Below are positions 38,456 through 49,295 of a stretch of 64,000 nt of DNA, piece by piece. This DNA comes from an uncultured Desulfosarcina sp. Its GTDB lineage: Bacteria > Desulfobacterota > Desulfobacteria > Desulfobacterales > Desulfosarcinaceae. The notes beneath the pieces were generated by a model. That model saw only the letters and a list, made by a program, of their open reading frames with translations, was not told the origin of the DNA and made no database searches. A program made the translations under genes and the position numbers. The DNA lies in contig CAXXWQ010000002.1 of the NCBI GenBank assembly GCA_963674945.2, positions 64,001-128,000 of the forward strand, given 5' to 3'. Position 1 is the stretch's first letter. The number at the start of each line of letters is the position of its first letter.

Positions 38456-40510
38456 ATGATGCCCAACGCAGACGGTCATAACGGCGCACGAATCGTATCC
38501 TGGCTGGCCTTCGTTGTTACGGCGTTCATTGCCCTGTTTCTTCCTGTTGGTTTCTTTTCCGTCTCATACCAGTTCGAGTCCGGACAATTGGTTGCAGAAG
38601 CCGAACTCATGGCAAGGAGCATTTCACGCATCATCGAAGAAAACCCAACGATGTGGCACCTCGAAAGAAAACGCATCGAAAAGGATGGGGCGTGCTTAGT
38701 ACCGGGAGGCGGCCGGGGTGCATGGCAAGTGTTCGATGAAAATGGACACATGGTGACGGGGTGTATGGACGGTCTTCTTTCTCCTTTCATGACAAGATCC
38801 CAAACGCTGCTGGTTGCCGGCAATCCCGCGGGAACCGTAAAAGTATTTCGCCCCATGCGATCCTTGCTGAAAAATAGCCTCATATTCACTCTTGGGATGC
38901 TTCCCCTGGCTGCGGGTTCCTTTTTCATTGTAAGATACATTCTCATGAGAGCGATTCAAGAAAACGTCAAAGATTCTCTTAAGAAGGAACGGGACAGGGC
39001 GCAGCAATATCTCGATATCGCAAGTGTAATGCTCGTCGCATTAGATGAGACTGGGTCCATTACGATGATAAATCGCAGGGGTTGTGAGGTGCTGGGGCAA
39101 GCGGAAGATGAACTTCTCAACAAGAACTGGTTCGATCATGTTCTCTCCGAAAGGGAGAGGAAAGAGGAACATGATCTTTTTTTCCAGATGATTAAAGATC
39201 TGATGCCAACCAGAAGGGGAGTTTGCCCGGTTGTGACAAGTGACGGTGAAGAGCGGATCATAGAATGGTACCATAGCTTGTTGACTGATGCCGGCGGTGG
39301 TTCTACGGGCGTGCTCAGTTCAGGAGAGGATATTACCGAACGGGTGAACCTGGAATCCCAACTGCGGCATATTCAGAAAATGGAAGCGATCGGACAACTC
39401 GCAGGTGGTGTTGCCCATGATTTCAACAATATCCTCACCGTGATTATCGGATTTTGCAGCTTGATGAAGATGCAGATGAGCGCAAAAGATCCGAACCAGG
39501 AGAACCTCGATCTGATTCTCGATTCAGCGGAACAGGGGGCCGACTTGACACAAAGCCTTCTGATGTTAAGCCGCAAAGATAAACTCAATCCAAAACAGGC
39601 CGACTTGAATGAGCTTGTCGACAATGCCGGCAAACTTATTACACGAATCATCGGTGAAGACGTTCAACTCAAGGTTTTTCGGACCCAAACGCCCCTATTG
39701 GTCTTCGTTGACAGGGGACAGATCGAACAGATTTTGATGAATCTAAGTGCGAATGCAAGGGATGCGATGGGAAAGGGAGGGCACCTGACCATTGAGACGA
39801 CGAACTATACCATCGATAAATCATTCATCCATGCTTATGGATTTGGAACACCCGGTGAATATGCCCAGATCACCGTATCCGATACCGGCCATGGATTCGA
39901 TGAAGTTATCCGCGAAAGAATTTTCGAGCCTTTCTACTCAACAAAGGAGCCGGGAAAAGGAACGGGTCTCGGATTGTCCATCGTCTATGGGATCGTAAAA
40001 CAGCACGGCGGTTTTATCACTGTATACAGTGAGCGTGGAACAGGTACCGTGTTTTGTATCTATCTTCCGCTTATGGAACAAAAGGAAAAAGCAGAGGGCG
40101 ATACCAAGGTGAAAAATTTGCCGATGACGGGAACAGAGACAATTCTATTGGCCGAAGACGCCCCCGAAGTGAGGAAATTCGAAGCATCCATTCTTGAGGA
40201 GTTCGGCTATAAGGTCATCCTTGCCAGGGACGGCCAGGAGGCCGTCAATCTCTTTTCCGAAAACCGGGAGCGCATTCGGCTTGTTCTCATCGACGCCATC
40301 ATGCCGAAAAAAAGCGGGCTTAGCGCTTACAAGGAGATGCAAAACATCGAACCGGAGGCGAAATTCATCTTTACTTCCGGCTATGCAAAAGAGATCATTC
40401 GGATCCGGGAGGATTTTGAAGAAGAAATAGAGCTGATCACCAAACCGATTCAACCCATGGAGCTTTTGAAAACGATCCGGCAAACCCTTGATGCAACTTC
40501 ATCCAACTGA
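38456..40510 (+). CDS. Membrane PAS hybrid histidine kinase/response regulator
   Basis: Two TMs, PAS, GVAHDFNNIL, NARDAM, DTGHG, GKGTGLGL, receiver LAED...IDAIMP...KP; start uncertain. Confidence 0.95.
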   Translation: MMPNADGHNGARIVSWLAFVVTAFIALFLPVGFFSVSYQFESGQLVAEAELMARSISRIIEENPTMWHLERKRIEKDGACLVPGGGRGAWQVFDENGHMVTGCMDGLLSPFMTRSQTLLVAGNPAGTVKVFRPMRSLLKNSLIFTLGMLPLAAGSFFIVRYILMRAIQENVKDSLKKERDRAQQYLDIASVMLVALDETGSITMINRRGCEVLGQAEDELLNKNWFDHVLSERERKEEHDLFFQMIKDLMPTRRGVCPVVTSDGEERIIEWYHSLLTDAGGGSTGVLSSGEDITERVNLESQLRHIQKMEAIGQLAGGVAHDFNNILTVIIGFCSLMKMQMSAKDPNQENLDLILDSAEQGADLTQSLLMLSRKDKLNPKQADLNELVDNAGKLITRIIGEDVQLKVFRTQTPLLVFVDRGQIEQILMNLSANARDAMGKGGHLTIETTNYTIDKSFIHAYGFGTPGEYAQITVSDTGHGFDEVIRERIFEPFYSTKEPGKGTGLGLSIVYGIVKQHGGFITVYSERGTGTVFCIYLPLMEQKEKAEGDTKVKNLPMTGTETILLAEDAPEVRKFEASILEEFGYKVILARDGQEAVNLFSENRERIRLVLIDAIMPKKSGLSAYKEMQNIEPEAKFIFTSGYAKEIIRIREDFEEEIELITKPIQPMELLKTIRQTLDATSSN

Positions 40511-40563
40511 ACGGTTTGGACACCGTAGTGCAATGCACGAACGAAAAGACAGAAAAAAACCTT

Positions 40564-42360
40564 CTACCCTGCTTTAACCATTTCCATGAATTCGTCTTCC
40601 ATGAGTACTTCTTTCTTTAGAAGGGATTCCGCCACCTTGATCAGCGTTTCTTTCCTGTTTTCGATCAGGTCGGTGACATGTGATTCTCTCTGTTGAAGAA
40701 TCTGGCGAACCTCCTCGTCCAAACGGGCAGCAGTCTGCTCACTGTATTCACGGGATGCCCCGCCGGATGGATTGCCCAGAAATCCCGGCCCCGGATTTCG
40801 CGGATAGGTTGACAGCCCGAGGGTTTCGCCCATGCCGTATTCGGAGACGATGGCCCTTGCAATGTCCGTTGCCCGCTGCAGGTCGTTGTGTGCACCGGTC
40901 GTCACATCCAAGAACATGATCTTTTCGGCCACCCGGCCACCCAGCAATACATCGATCTTGGAGAGAAGTTCCTGACGGCTCATCAGGTACCGGTCCTCGG
41001 TTGGACGCTGCTGGGTGTACCCCAGGGCCGCCAGTCCCCGGGGAACGATGGATATTTTGTGTACGGCATCGCACTCCGGCGTCAGTGCCGCGACCAACGC
41101 GTGGCCCACTTCGTGGTAGGCCACGATCTTCTTTTCCTTCGGATTGATCACCCGGTTCTTTTTCTCCAGTCCACCGATGAGCCTGTCTACGGCTTCGTCC
41201 AGTTCAGTTAGACTTACTGCTGCCTTGTTTTTTCGTGCAGCAAGCAACGCGGCCTCGTTGACCACGTTTGCCAGGTCGGCACCGGAAAATCCCGGTGTCT
41301 TTTGGGCGATCACCGTAAGGTCCACATCTTCTGCAAGCTTGATGTTTTTGGCGTGGATTTCCAAAATGGCTTTTCGGCCGTTCACGTCGGGGCGATCCAC
41401 CAGCACCTGCCGATCGAATCGGCCCGAACGCAGCAAGGCGGGATCGAGTACTTCGGGCCGATTCGTGGCGGCCATGATCACCACGCCTTTTCTGCCGTCG
41501 AAACCGTCCATCTCCACCAGCAGCTGGTTCAGGGTCTGCTCACGCTCGTCGTGACCGGCTACCATGCCGGCGCCGCGGGCCTTTCCCAGAGCGTCCAGTT
41601 CGTCGATGAAGATGATGCAAGGGGCTTTTTCCCGGGCCTGGGTGAACAGATCGCGCACACGGGCGGCACCCATGCCCACGAACATTTCAACGAAATCCGA
41701 GCCGCTGATGGCAAAAAACGGAACGCCGGCTTCCCCTGCCACCGCACGGGCCAGCAAGGTCTTGCCGGTTCCCGGTGGTCCCACCAGCAGAATTCCCTTT
41801 GGCATCCGGCCGCCCAAATCCTGGTATCGTTTCGGTTCGGTGAGAAAGGAGACGATTTCATTCAGCTCATCCTTGGCTTCATCGGCACCGGCAACATCGG
41901 CGAAACGGGTATCGATATCGTGCTCACCCACCAGCTTGGCCTTGTTTTTTCCCAGCGTCATCATTCCGGCGGCACCGGCCTGCATGCGCTTCATGAGGAA
42001 AAACCAGATGAAGTAAAAGATGGCGATGGGAATCAACCAGGAAAAAAGCGTCTTGAAAAAAGTGTTTTCAACCTGTCCCGAGTACTTAATATTGTGACCG
42101 GATAACTTGGTAGCGAGATCGTTGTCCACGCGCACGGTCTTGAAAAAAATTTCATTCCCCTTATCGTCAAGCATTTTGCCGTGAATGGCGGTTTCGCTGA
42201 TGGAAATTTCCTTGACACGGTCGTCCTTCACCGCCTGAATGAACTCACTATAGGGAATGATGCTGGGTTTGAACTGGGCAATGAGAAGATTTTGGAGGAT
42301 CAACACGCCCAATATGGCCATCAAAACGTAGGAGAGGTTGAATTGATGCTTTTTTTCCAT
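40564..42360 (-). CDS. ftsH: ATP-dependent zinc metalloprotease FtsH
   Basis: Two TMs, [39 protein letters not shown]. Confidence 0.97.
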   Translation of the reverse strand: MEKKHQFNLSYVLMAILGVLILQNLLIAQFKPSIIPYSEFIQAVKDDRVKEISISETAIHGKMLDDKGNEIFFKTVRVDNDLATKLSGHNIKYSGQVENTFFKTLFSWLIPIAIFYFIWFFLMKRMQAGAAGMMTLGKNKAKLVGEHDIDTRFADVAGADEAKDELNEIVSFLTEPKRYQDLGGRMPKGILLVGPPGTGKTLLARAVAGEAGVPFFAISGSDFVEMFVGMGAARVRDLFTQAREKAPCIIFIDELDALGKARGAGMVAGHDEREQTLNQLLVEMDGFDGRKGVVIMAATNRPEVLDPALLRSGRFDRQVLVDRPDVNGRKAILEIHAKNIKLAEDVDLTVIAQKTPGFSGADLANVVNEAALLAARKNKAAVSLTELDEAVDRLIGGLEKKNRVINPKEKKIVAYHEVGHALVAALTPECDAVHKISIVPRGLAALGYTQQRPTEDRYLMSRQELLSKIDVLLGGRVAEKIMFLDVTTGAHNDLQRATDIARAIVSEYGMGETLGLSTYPRNPGPGFLGNPSGGASREYSEQTAARLDEEVRQILQQRESHVTDLIENRKETLIKVAESLLKKEVLMEDEFMEMVKAG

Positions 42361-42405
42361 GTTTACACCTTATTATGTTATTCAATAAAGAACATCCGGT
42401 GCTTA

Positions 42406-42574
42406 GGCCCAGGCCAGAGATGATTGATTCTGCCGTATGATCATTACAAGAATCCAGGAGTCAGAATTCAGCGTCGCTGCCGACCTTTGGCCGGTTTGAA
42501 CGACAACGGAAACTATGCCATTTTGGCGTAGTTTCATACGAGAATCCAGAATCAGGTATTCGCCTTCGGCTCGA
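42406..42574. repeat. Intergenic direct repeat, copy 1
   Basis: CAAGAATCCAGGAGTCAGAATTCAGCGTCGC (42447-42477) and ATCAGGTATTCGCCTTCGG (from 42551) recur at 43129 and 43164. Confidence 0.75.
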
Positions 42575-42621
42575 TCCATTTTTCAAGGGGAGCTCAAAGC
42601 AGACTCCTCCGGTTCCGGACT

Positions 42622-43050
42622 TTACTCTGATTGTGGCATCGAACACCGTGGACCGTGTCGATAAAACCATCCCATGGCGGCCACGGCACCGATTATCCCA
42701 CCGACCCAGTCGGCAAAAAGATCATACCCATCGGCTGACCGCGTCGGCACCAGTGACTGATGAAACTCATCGCTGGCCCCGTAAAGACCGGTGAAGGCGA
42801 TGCTGATAATCAGGAGCCAAACGTCTGAAAGCCCGGGATGCCAGGTGCGCCGGGCGGCCCGGAAAAACAGTGCGGCCAACAGGCCATAGACGCCGGCATG
42901 AAGGAACTTGTCCCAATGGGGAATATCGGGCTTGGAATCGAATGTCTGGAAACAGGACTGAATGAAAATTGCCGCGCAAAGCACGATGACGGGAAACCAT
43001 TGGATAACCGGACTGTTTTGTCCAGAGTCGTTTTTCATGGTCGCTTTCAT
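42622..43050 (-). CDS. VanZ-like membrane protein
   Basis: DKFLHAGVYGLL, YGASDEFHQSLVPTRSADGYDLFAD. Confidence 0.9.
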   Translation of the reverse strand: MKATMKNDSGQNSPVIQWFPVIVLCAAIFIQSCFQTFDSKPDIPHWDKFLHAGVYGLLAALFFRAARRTWHPGLSDVWLLIISIAFTGLYGASDEFHQSLVPTRSADGYDLFADWVGGIIGAVAAMGWFYRHGPRCSMPQSE

Positions 43051-43086
43051 GGAATCCAATGCCAAAATAGTAAAATTTGGTCCTCT

Positions 43087-43187
43087 GGGCCAGGTTACAA
43101 GATAAATGGTTCTGGCGTATGATTGTTCCAAGAATCCAGGAGCCAGAATTCAGCGCCGCCAGCATCAGGTATTCGCCTTCGGATCGA
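43087..43187. repeat. Intergenic direct repeat, copy 2
   Basis: CAAGAATCCAGGAGCCAGAATTCAGCGCCGC plus ATCAGGTATTCGCCTTCGG; similarity to copy 1 extends ~40 nt to the left. Confidence 0.75.
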
Positions 43188-43374
43188 GCCATCCATTGAT
43201 GAAAAAATGCCAAATTCCATGCACCAAATAACAAATGGTTTACAAACCTCAATGTGCAGTTTCTATTTTTCCCGTTTGGTTTGTTTGGAATCTGGATATT
43301 GGGATTTTTACATATGGGTGGAGCGAAGCGACAACATCGCCACTATGACTTCTTGCTCCTGGATTCTGCAGTTT

Positions 43375-45300
43375 TTACCTTCCGTCCTTTTGAAAAAGGT
43401 CCATCTCCAACCGACGCTCGGCCACATGTGCCCTTACGTCGTCAACGAACTTGTCCATGGGGATGCCGTATCGGACCGTCCCGTCCAGGGTGCGCACGGA
43501 TGCGGTACCGGCTTCTTTCTCCTTGGCGCCGCAGGTGAGGATCAGCGGCGTCTTGGCCAGCTGGGCTTCCCGAATTTTGCGATTGAGACTCTCGGTCCGG
43601 TCATCCACCTCCACGCGCAGCCCCGCATCGGCAAGGGTCTCGGCCTGGTCTCGGGCGAAGGAAACGAGGTCGTCGTTGATGGGCAGCAAGACCACCTGAA
43701 CCGGTGCCAGCCACAGGGGAAATTTACCCTCGAAGTGTTCGATGAGGATTCCCAGAAACCGCTCGATGGAACCAAACACCGTCCTGTGAACCATAATGGG
43801 CCTGTGTTTCTCATTGTCCTTGCCCACGTAGGTCAGATCGAAACGTTCGGGAAGACTCATGTCCAGTTGAATGGTGCCGCACTGCCATGTCCGTCCCAGA
43901 GCGTCCTTGATGTGTAGATCGATTTTCGGGCCGTAGAAGGCGCCATCACCCTCGTTGATCCGGTATTGTTTGCCATAGGCATCCAGCGCCGATTGCAGTC
44001 CCTTGGTGGCCGTCTCCCATTGTTCGTCGGTTCCGATGGATTTTTCCGGACGCGTGGAGAGCTCGAGATGAAATCCAAGGCCGAACTTGCCGTACACCTG
44101 TTCTTCCAGGCGCAACAGATTGTGAATCTCATCCTGGATCTGATCCGGCATCATGAACAGGTGTGCATCATCCTGGTGAAAGGCCCGAACCCGAAAGAGG
44201 CCGTTTAGTACACCCGACAATTCGTGGCGGTGTACCAGGCCGATCTCGGCCGCACGAATGGGGAGTTCCCGGTAGGAGTGGGGGCGGGTGCTGTACAGGA
44301 GCATGCCGCCGGGGCAGTTCATGGGCTTGATGGCGTAGATCTGTTCGTCCACCTCGGTGGTGTACATGTTCTCCCGGTAGTTTTCCCAGTGACCGCTTTT
44401 TTCCCACAGCCCCCGCTGGAGGATGATGGGGGTCTTGGTTTCCACGTAGCCAGCCTCCCGATGGGCGTCGCGCCAGAAGTCCAGCAGGGCGTTCCAGACA
44501 GCCATTCCCTTGGGGTGGAAAAAGGGCATGCCCGGGGCGTCGTCGTGGAAGCTGAAAAGGTCCATGGCCGCGCCGATCTTTCGATGGTTCCGTTTCTTGG
44601 CCTCTTCCAGGAGATTCAGGTATGCCTTGAGTTCCTTCTTGTCGAAATAGGCCGTTCCGTAGATCCGCTGGAGTTGGGCCTTGGATTGATCGGCGCGCCA
44701 GTAGGCACCGGAGACCCGCATCAGCTTGAAGGCACGAACGAAACCGGTATGGGGCACATGGGGGCCCCGGCACAGGTCGGTAAAATCGCCCTGCTCATAA
44801 AAAGAGATCGTGCCATCGGCCAGTTCGGAAATCATTTCGGTCTTGTAAGGCTCATTTTGGTAAAATTTCAATGCCTCGGCCTTGGATACCTCCCGGCGCT
44901 CGATGGGTATTTTTGCCTTGACGATGCGTTTCATCTCCGTCTCGATCTTGGCAAATGCCTCTTCGGAGAGCGGTTCCATATCGATATCGTAATAGAACCC
45001 ATCCTCCACGACGGGACCGATGGTGAGTTTGGCATCGGGATAAAGGTGCAATACCGCCTGGGCCATGACGTGGGCGGCACTGTGCCGCATGATCTCCAAT
45101 GCTTCGGGGTCACGGGTGGTAATCAATCGGACGGTCGCGTCTTTGTCGATGATACCGTTCAGATCGACAAGGCTGCCGTCTACTTCCATGGCCACGCAAT
45201 CGCGTGCCAGTCCCTCGGAGATGCTTTTGGCGATCGTCAGTCCCGAGACAGATTCCTCAAAGGGCTTTCGACTTCCATCGGGAAGTGTGATATGAACCAT
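43375..45300 (-). CDS. thrS: Threonine--tRNA ligase
   Basis: TGS domain, RHSAAH, DLCRGPH, KPMNCP, AFYGPKID, WQCGTIQLD; ATG 45300. Confidence 0.98.
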   Translation of the reverse strand: MVHITLPDGSRKPFEESVSGLTIAKSISEGLARDCVAMEVDGSLVDLNGIIDKDATVRLITTRDPEALEIMRHSAAHVMAQAVLHLYPDAKLTIGPVVEDGFYYDIDMEPLSEEAFAKIETEMKRIVKAKIPIERREVSKAEALKFYQNEPYKTEMISELADGTISFYEQGDFTDLCRGPHVPHTGFVRAFKLMRVSGAYWRADQSKAQLQRIYGTAYFDKKELKAYLNLLEEAKKRNHRKIGAAMDLFSFHDDAPGMPFFHPKGMAVWNALLDFWRDAHREAGYVETKTPIILQRGLWEKSGHWENYRENMYTTEVDEQIYAIKPMNCPGGMLLYSTRPHSYRELPIRAAEIGLVHRHELSGVLNGLFRVRAFHQDDAHLFMMPDQIQDEIHNLLRLEEQVYGKFGLGFHLELSTRPEKSIGTDEQWETATKGLQSALDAYGKQYRINEGDGAFYGPKIDLHIKDALGRTWQCGTIQLDMSLPERFDLTYVGKDNEKHRPIMVHRTVFGSIERFLGILIEHFEGKFPLWLAPVQVVLLPINDDLVSFARDQAETLADAGLRVEVDDRTESLNRKIREAQLAKTPLILTCGAKEKEAGTASVRTLDGTVRYGIPMDKFVDDVRAHVAERRLEMDLFQKDGR

Positions 45301-45382
45301 TTTTTTATATTTGCCTTCCTTACGGGGTTGCGCATTCAATACAGAGACGATATCAAATAATTTATTGATAAACAAACAACTT

Positions 45383-46573
45383 ATGGAAAGTATGGAAAAT
45401 ATCCAGTCGGGTCAAGTAAAAAATCACAACGCAATCACCACGCCGGAATACCGCCTCATTCAGACTACCGCCGAGTTGGAACGCTTTGTCGAACGGATCG
45501 CAAACGAAAAGATCATCGCCGTGGATTTGGAAGCCGACTCCATGTTTCATTTCCAGGAAAAAGTTTGTTTGATCCAGATGGCCGCCAATGGTGAAAATGT
45601 GGTCATCGACCCTTTGGAGGTCGAGGACTCCGCCCCCTTGCATCCCATATTCAAGGACGAGGGAATCTGCAAGGTGTTCCACGGTTCGGATTACGACGTC
45701 CGGTCGCTCTATCGGGATTTTGCCATCGAGGTGAATAATCTGTTCGATACCCAGTTGGCCAGCATGTATTTGGGGGAGCGGGCGACCAGCCTGGAAGCCG
45801 TGGTCAACAAACGTTTCGGCATCAAGCTGGACAAACAGTATCAGAAAAAGGACTGGTCCCAGCGTCCCTTGCCCGAAGGTATGATCGAATATGCCGCATC
45901 GGACGTTTTCCACCTGATTCCCTTGGCGCGCCAGATCATGGATGAACTCGAAAAGAAGGAGCGGCTGCACTGGGTCCAGGAGGAGTGTGCGCTGCTTTCC
46001 GATGTCAGGCCGATGGAAAACGGCGATGAACCACTGTTTCTTCGGTTTCGCGGTGCCGGTCGCCTTCGGCGGCGGAATCTGGCGGTTTTGGAAGGGTTAT
46101 TGCAATACCGCAGGAAACTGGCCGTCAAAAAGGATCGCCCCCTGTTCAAGGTATTTTCCAATAAATCCATGCTGAAAATTGCCCAGGAAATGGCAGATAC
46201 CCCCGAGGCAATGGAGGCCGCGGGCTGCCTGAGTGCCAAACAGATTCGGATTTATGGTAAAGCCCTTTCCAGAGTGGTCCGGGCAGCCACGGCAATGGAT
46301 GAAAAGGATCTGCCCGTTTACCCGCGTCGGCGTCGACCCTCCGTTTCATCCAAAGTGCCGGAGCGGATCAAGGCCATCAAGGAATGGCGGGACAACCTGG
46401 CGGAAAATCTGGAATTGGATCCCTCCCTTTTGTTCAACAAGGCACTGATGACCGCCATCGCGGTCCAGCATCCCAAAAGCATCGAGGAACTACGCAAAAT
46501 CGAGGGCATGCGCAACTGGCAGGTGGATACTTTCGGGCCGGATGTCATCGGCATACTTTCAAAAATCCCCTGA
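45383..46573 (+). CDS. rnd: Ribonuclease D with HRDC domains
   Basis: AVDLEAD, FHGSDYD, FDTQLA, DWSQRPL, YAASDV; C-terminal HRDC; start 45383 or 45392. Confidence 0.9.
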   Translation: MESMENIQSGQVKNHNAITTPEYRLIQTTAELERFVERIANEKIIAVDLEADSMFHFQEKVCLIQMAANGENVVIDPLEVEDSAPLHPIFKDEGICKVFHGSDYDVRSLYRDFAIEVNNLFDTQLASMYLGERATSLEAVVNKRFGIKLDKQYQKKDWSQRPLPEGMIEYAASDVFHLIPLARQIMDELEKKERLHWVQEECALLSDVRPMENGDEPLFLRFRGAGRLRRRNLAVLEGLLQYRRKLAVKKDRPLFKVFSNKSMLKIAQEMADTPEAMEAAGCLSAKQIRIYGKALSRVVRAATAMDEKDLPVYPRRRRPSVSSKVPERIKAIKEWRDNLAENLELDPSLLFNKALMTAIAVQHPKSIEELRKIEGMRNWQVDTFGPDVIGILSKIP

Positions 46574-46673
46574 AACAACAACTGCTTCGAAGCGTATACA
46601 AGTACCATATAAAGGGCTGGACTTTCGGCCCGACACTATATATACACTATTTGTGTGTCGGACACCTCATGGT

Positions 46674-46797
46674 CAGTGCCCATCCAGAAACGGCACCTCA
46701 TGGCCCATGCCGGCGTTTTCGCTCCGTCGAAATCCTCAACGTAGCGCTGCTACGGCCCTGGCATGCGCCATGATCCACCATTTCTGGATAGACACTG
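46674..46797. mobile_element. MITE-like element
   Basis: Terminal inverted repeats CAGTGCCCATCCAGAAA / TTTCTGGATAGACACTG; same end motif as 3215-3359 and the IS right end. Confidence 0.75.
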
Positions 46798-47081
46798 TTC
46801 GGGCCTTTTGGATGGCAATATCGAACCTGAACTGATCGTTTCAAATTTTCTTGAAAGATAAAGTAACCTGAGATTGTAGATCGATGCCTCAAGGTCAGGG
46901 CGTGGTTATTTTTACTAAATAGCACAAAGGATTCCGACACATCCAGGCATGACTTTATATTCATTCGATAACAACCTTCTATTGTAGGCCCACAAAACTC
47001 AATGTATTTGAGGAAGCGGAGCTATCGGCTTGATACCCACCAGATGAGCTTCGTGTAATCGTATTATTCCGATCTTTTATA

Positions 47082-48002
47082 ATGAGAAAAAAGATCCGCT
47101 GTCCGGACTGTAACGGCACAGATATAAAAAAAATAGGCCCAATTCCGCCAACAGATGTCTTTGCTGGCATCCAATTGTCTTCACCGATTCCAGGCGGGGC
47201 CTTGTATCGTTGCCGAAAGTGCCACTTGGGTTTTCGGTGGCCACGAATATCTCAAGAACTGCGCAGACAGTTGTACATAGGTGGAAACGAACATGCATGG
47301 AAGATTCCAGCACAACAAAGGCACGATTGGATTCTTGCCTGCGATTGGATCAGGCCACTCTTCCCCTCTTCCGCAAGAATTTTGGATGTCGGTTGCTATG
47401 ATGGAAAGTTTTTAAGTTCGCTTGAAGATGGCTACCAACGGTACGGCATCGAGATTCATCCAAGTGCCCGACAGCGTCTTTCCGAAAAAAGTATTAACAT
47501 ATTTGGATCAGATATCGATAAGTTGAGTGGCACAAAGTCAAAGTTTGACTGCATTACCGCTTTTGACTTCATCGAACATGTAGAATCCCCCAAATCTTTT
47601 CTTTCCCAGTGTGCGAATGCATTGAAACCTGGTGGATACATCATCATTTCTTCAGGCAACCTGGATGCTTTGTCTTTCCGTCTCATGGGAAGTCGGTATT
47701 GGTATTGTACGAATGCCGAACACTTATCTTTTATCAGCATGAAATGGCTTTACCGGACGGTACCAAAACTGGGATTGAAAATAAACAAATTCAAAACAAT
47801 TTCTCACGAAAGCACTCATATGGCATCGAAGATAAAACAGCCGTTAGTATGTATCGGCTATAGATTGTTGCCTCAATTTTTTGGCTATTTGAGAAGGCGC
47901 GGCTGGGGGGGGAAAGATGCGGTTAATCACCCGGAATTGGCCGAATATCCTCCTGTATGGGGTTCTGCAAAAGATCATTTTATCGTTTTAATGAAGAAAT
48001 AG
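47082..48002 (+). CDS. Class I SAM-dependent methyltransferase with N-terminal Zn-ribbon
   Basis: CPDC...CRKC, ILDVGC, FDFIEHV, LKPGG. Confidence 0.9.
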   Translation: MRKKIRCPDCNGTDIKKIGPIPPTDVFAGIQLSSPIPGGALYRCRKCHLGFRWPRISQELRRQLYIGGNEHAWKIPAQQRHDWILACDWIRPLFPSSARILDVGCYDGKFLSSLEDGYQRYGIEIHPSARQRLSEKSINIFGSDIDKLSGTKSKFDCITAFDFIEHVESPKSFLSQCANALKPGGYIIISSGNLDALSFRLMGSRYWYCTNAEHLSFISMKWLYRTVPKLGLKINKFKTISHESTHMASKIKQPLVCIGYRLLPQFFGYLRRRGWGGKDAVNHPELAEYPPVWGSAKDHFIVLMKK

Positions 48003-48025
48003 TATGTGATATTTTAAATCAGCTA

Positions 48026-49228
48026 ATGAAGTTTTATACTATCAAACCAGTGAAACAATCACAAATTGCCAGAATTAAAGAATTAGACGGTATTCGTGGT
48101 ATCGCGATTCTACTTGTATTGATTTGGCATTACATACGTTGCCAAGTCAGATATGATAAAGAGAGTATATGGGCTTATTTATCAGCAACTCTCAATTTGA
48201 CTTGGAGTGGGGTTGATCTGTTTTTTGTGCTTTCAGGATTTTTAATTGTTGGCATTTTGTTGGATGCAAAAGGTGCCGAGTCATATTTCAAAACTTTTTA
48301 CGCAAGAAGGATATGCCGGATTGTACCGTTATATTTATTGATGCTTTGTCTCTTTCTTATTATTCCTTTGATTACTTCAGCACCGAATGAATGGCTGTTT
48401 GCCAAACCTCTGCCACTTTTTAGTTACTTCACATTTACCCAAAATTTCTTTATGCATAACAATGGGTTTGGTCCGCACTGGTTAGGCGTAACTTGGTCTT
48501 TGGCCATCGAAGAACAATTCTATCTATTTATACCTGTTTTAATTTTTTTGTTAAGCCGGAGGCAATTGTATTGTGTTTTTTTTACTTTAATCGTAATGGC
48601 ACCGACTTTTCGATTAGTAATAGGAGATCTGGGTGCTTATGTGTTTCCGTTTACTCGTTCCGACGCTATTCTAATGGGGGGATTGCTGGCGTTACTGCTC
48701 AGAAATCCAAGTGTGCGAAAAAAAATTGTAGATAATTATAACTACTTGCTTGGTGCGTTTTTCATTTTTCTTTTTGGGTCTTCTCTGTTTATCTTAATGC
48801 GTGCTGGGATTGGAGGTGTGTTCGTTCATTTTTGGCTAAGTGTACTTTACAGCTTATTTATCGTTGTCTGTCTTTTCGGTAATAGAAAAGTAATCGACAA
48901 ACTGGTTTCAAATAGAATCTTCGTTTGGCTGGGACTCCGATCTTACGGAATATATTTATTTCATCAACCCATCAGCGGAATGATTCACAATTTCATGAAT
49001 GGCAATGAAGAGCCAAGTTTTTCTAATCTATCAGAGTTTTACCCAACGTTAATCGCTCTATTGGCTGTTCTTCTTTTGGCCGAAATATCGTATAGGTATT
49101 TTGAATCCATATTTCTCTTAATTGGTAAAAAATTTACTTATGAATTCATCGATAAGGACGAGAATCGTATACCAACTATAGAAAAAAAAGCCGTAACTCA
49201 ATTCTCATGTTTCAACAACAATGCTTGA
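48026..49228 (+). CDS. Acyltransferase family 3 (OafA-like O-acetyltransferase)
   Basis: LDGIRGIA, GVDLFFVLSGF, RRICRI, WSLAIEEQFY, SYGIYLFH. Confidence 0.93.
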   Translation: MKFYTIKPVKQSQIARIKELDGIRGIAILLVLIWHYIRCQVRYDKESIWAYLSATLNLTWSGVDLFFVLSGFLIVGILLDAKGAESYFKTFYARRICRIVPLYLLMLCLFLIIPLITSAPNEWLFAKPLPLFSYFTFTQNFFMHNNGFGPHWLGVTWSLAIEEQFYLFIPVLIFLLSRRQLYCVFFTLIVMAPTFRLVIGDLGAYVFPFTRSDAILMGGLLALLLRNPSVRKKIVDNYNYLLGAFFIFLFGSSLFILMRAGIGGVFVHFWLSVLYSLFIVVCLFGNRKVIDKLVSNRIFVWLGLRSYGIYLFHQPISGMIHNFMNGNEEPSFSNLSEFYPTLIALLAVLLLAEISYRYFESIFLLIGKKFTYEFIDKDENRIPTIEKKAVTQFSCFNNNA

Positions 49229-49295
49229 ACCTTTGACAACATAACCAGACAGAATATTAGATGCTGTGTAGCATCCATACTCATAATAAATTCGC

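Noticed and set aside
43375..45300. thrS not followed by infC-rpmI-rplT
   Set aside because: This linkage is not universal, and nothing in the sequence shows that the arrangement is unusual for this lineage
46630..46662. CCGACAC...GTGTCGG inverted repeat containing ACACTATATATA, a possible NrdR box
   Set aside because: Only half of the palindromic consensus matches and no ribonucleotide reductase gene is nearby; more likely a hairpin after rnd
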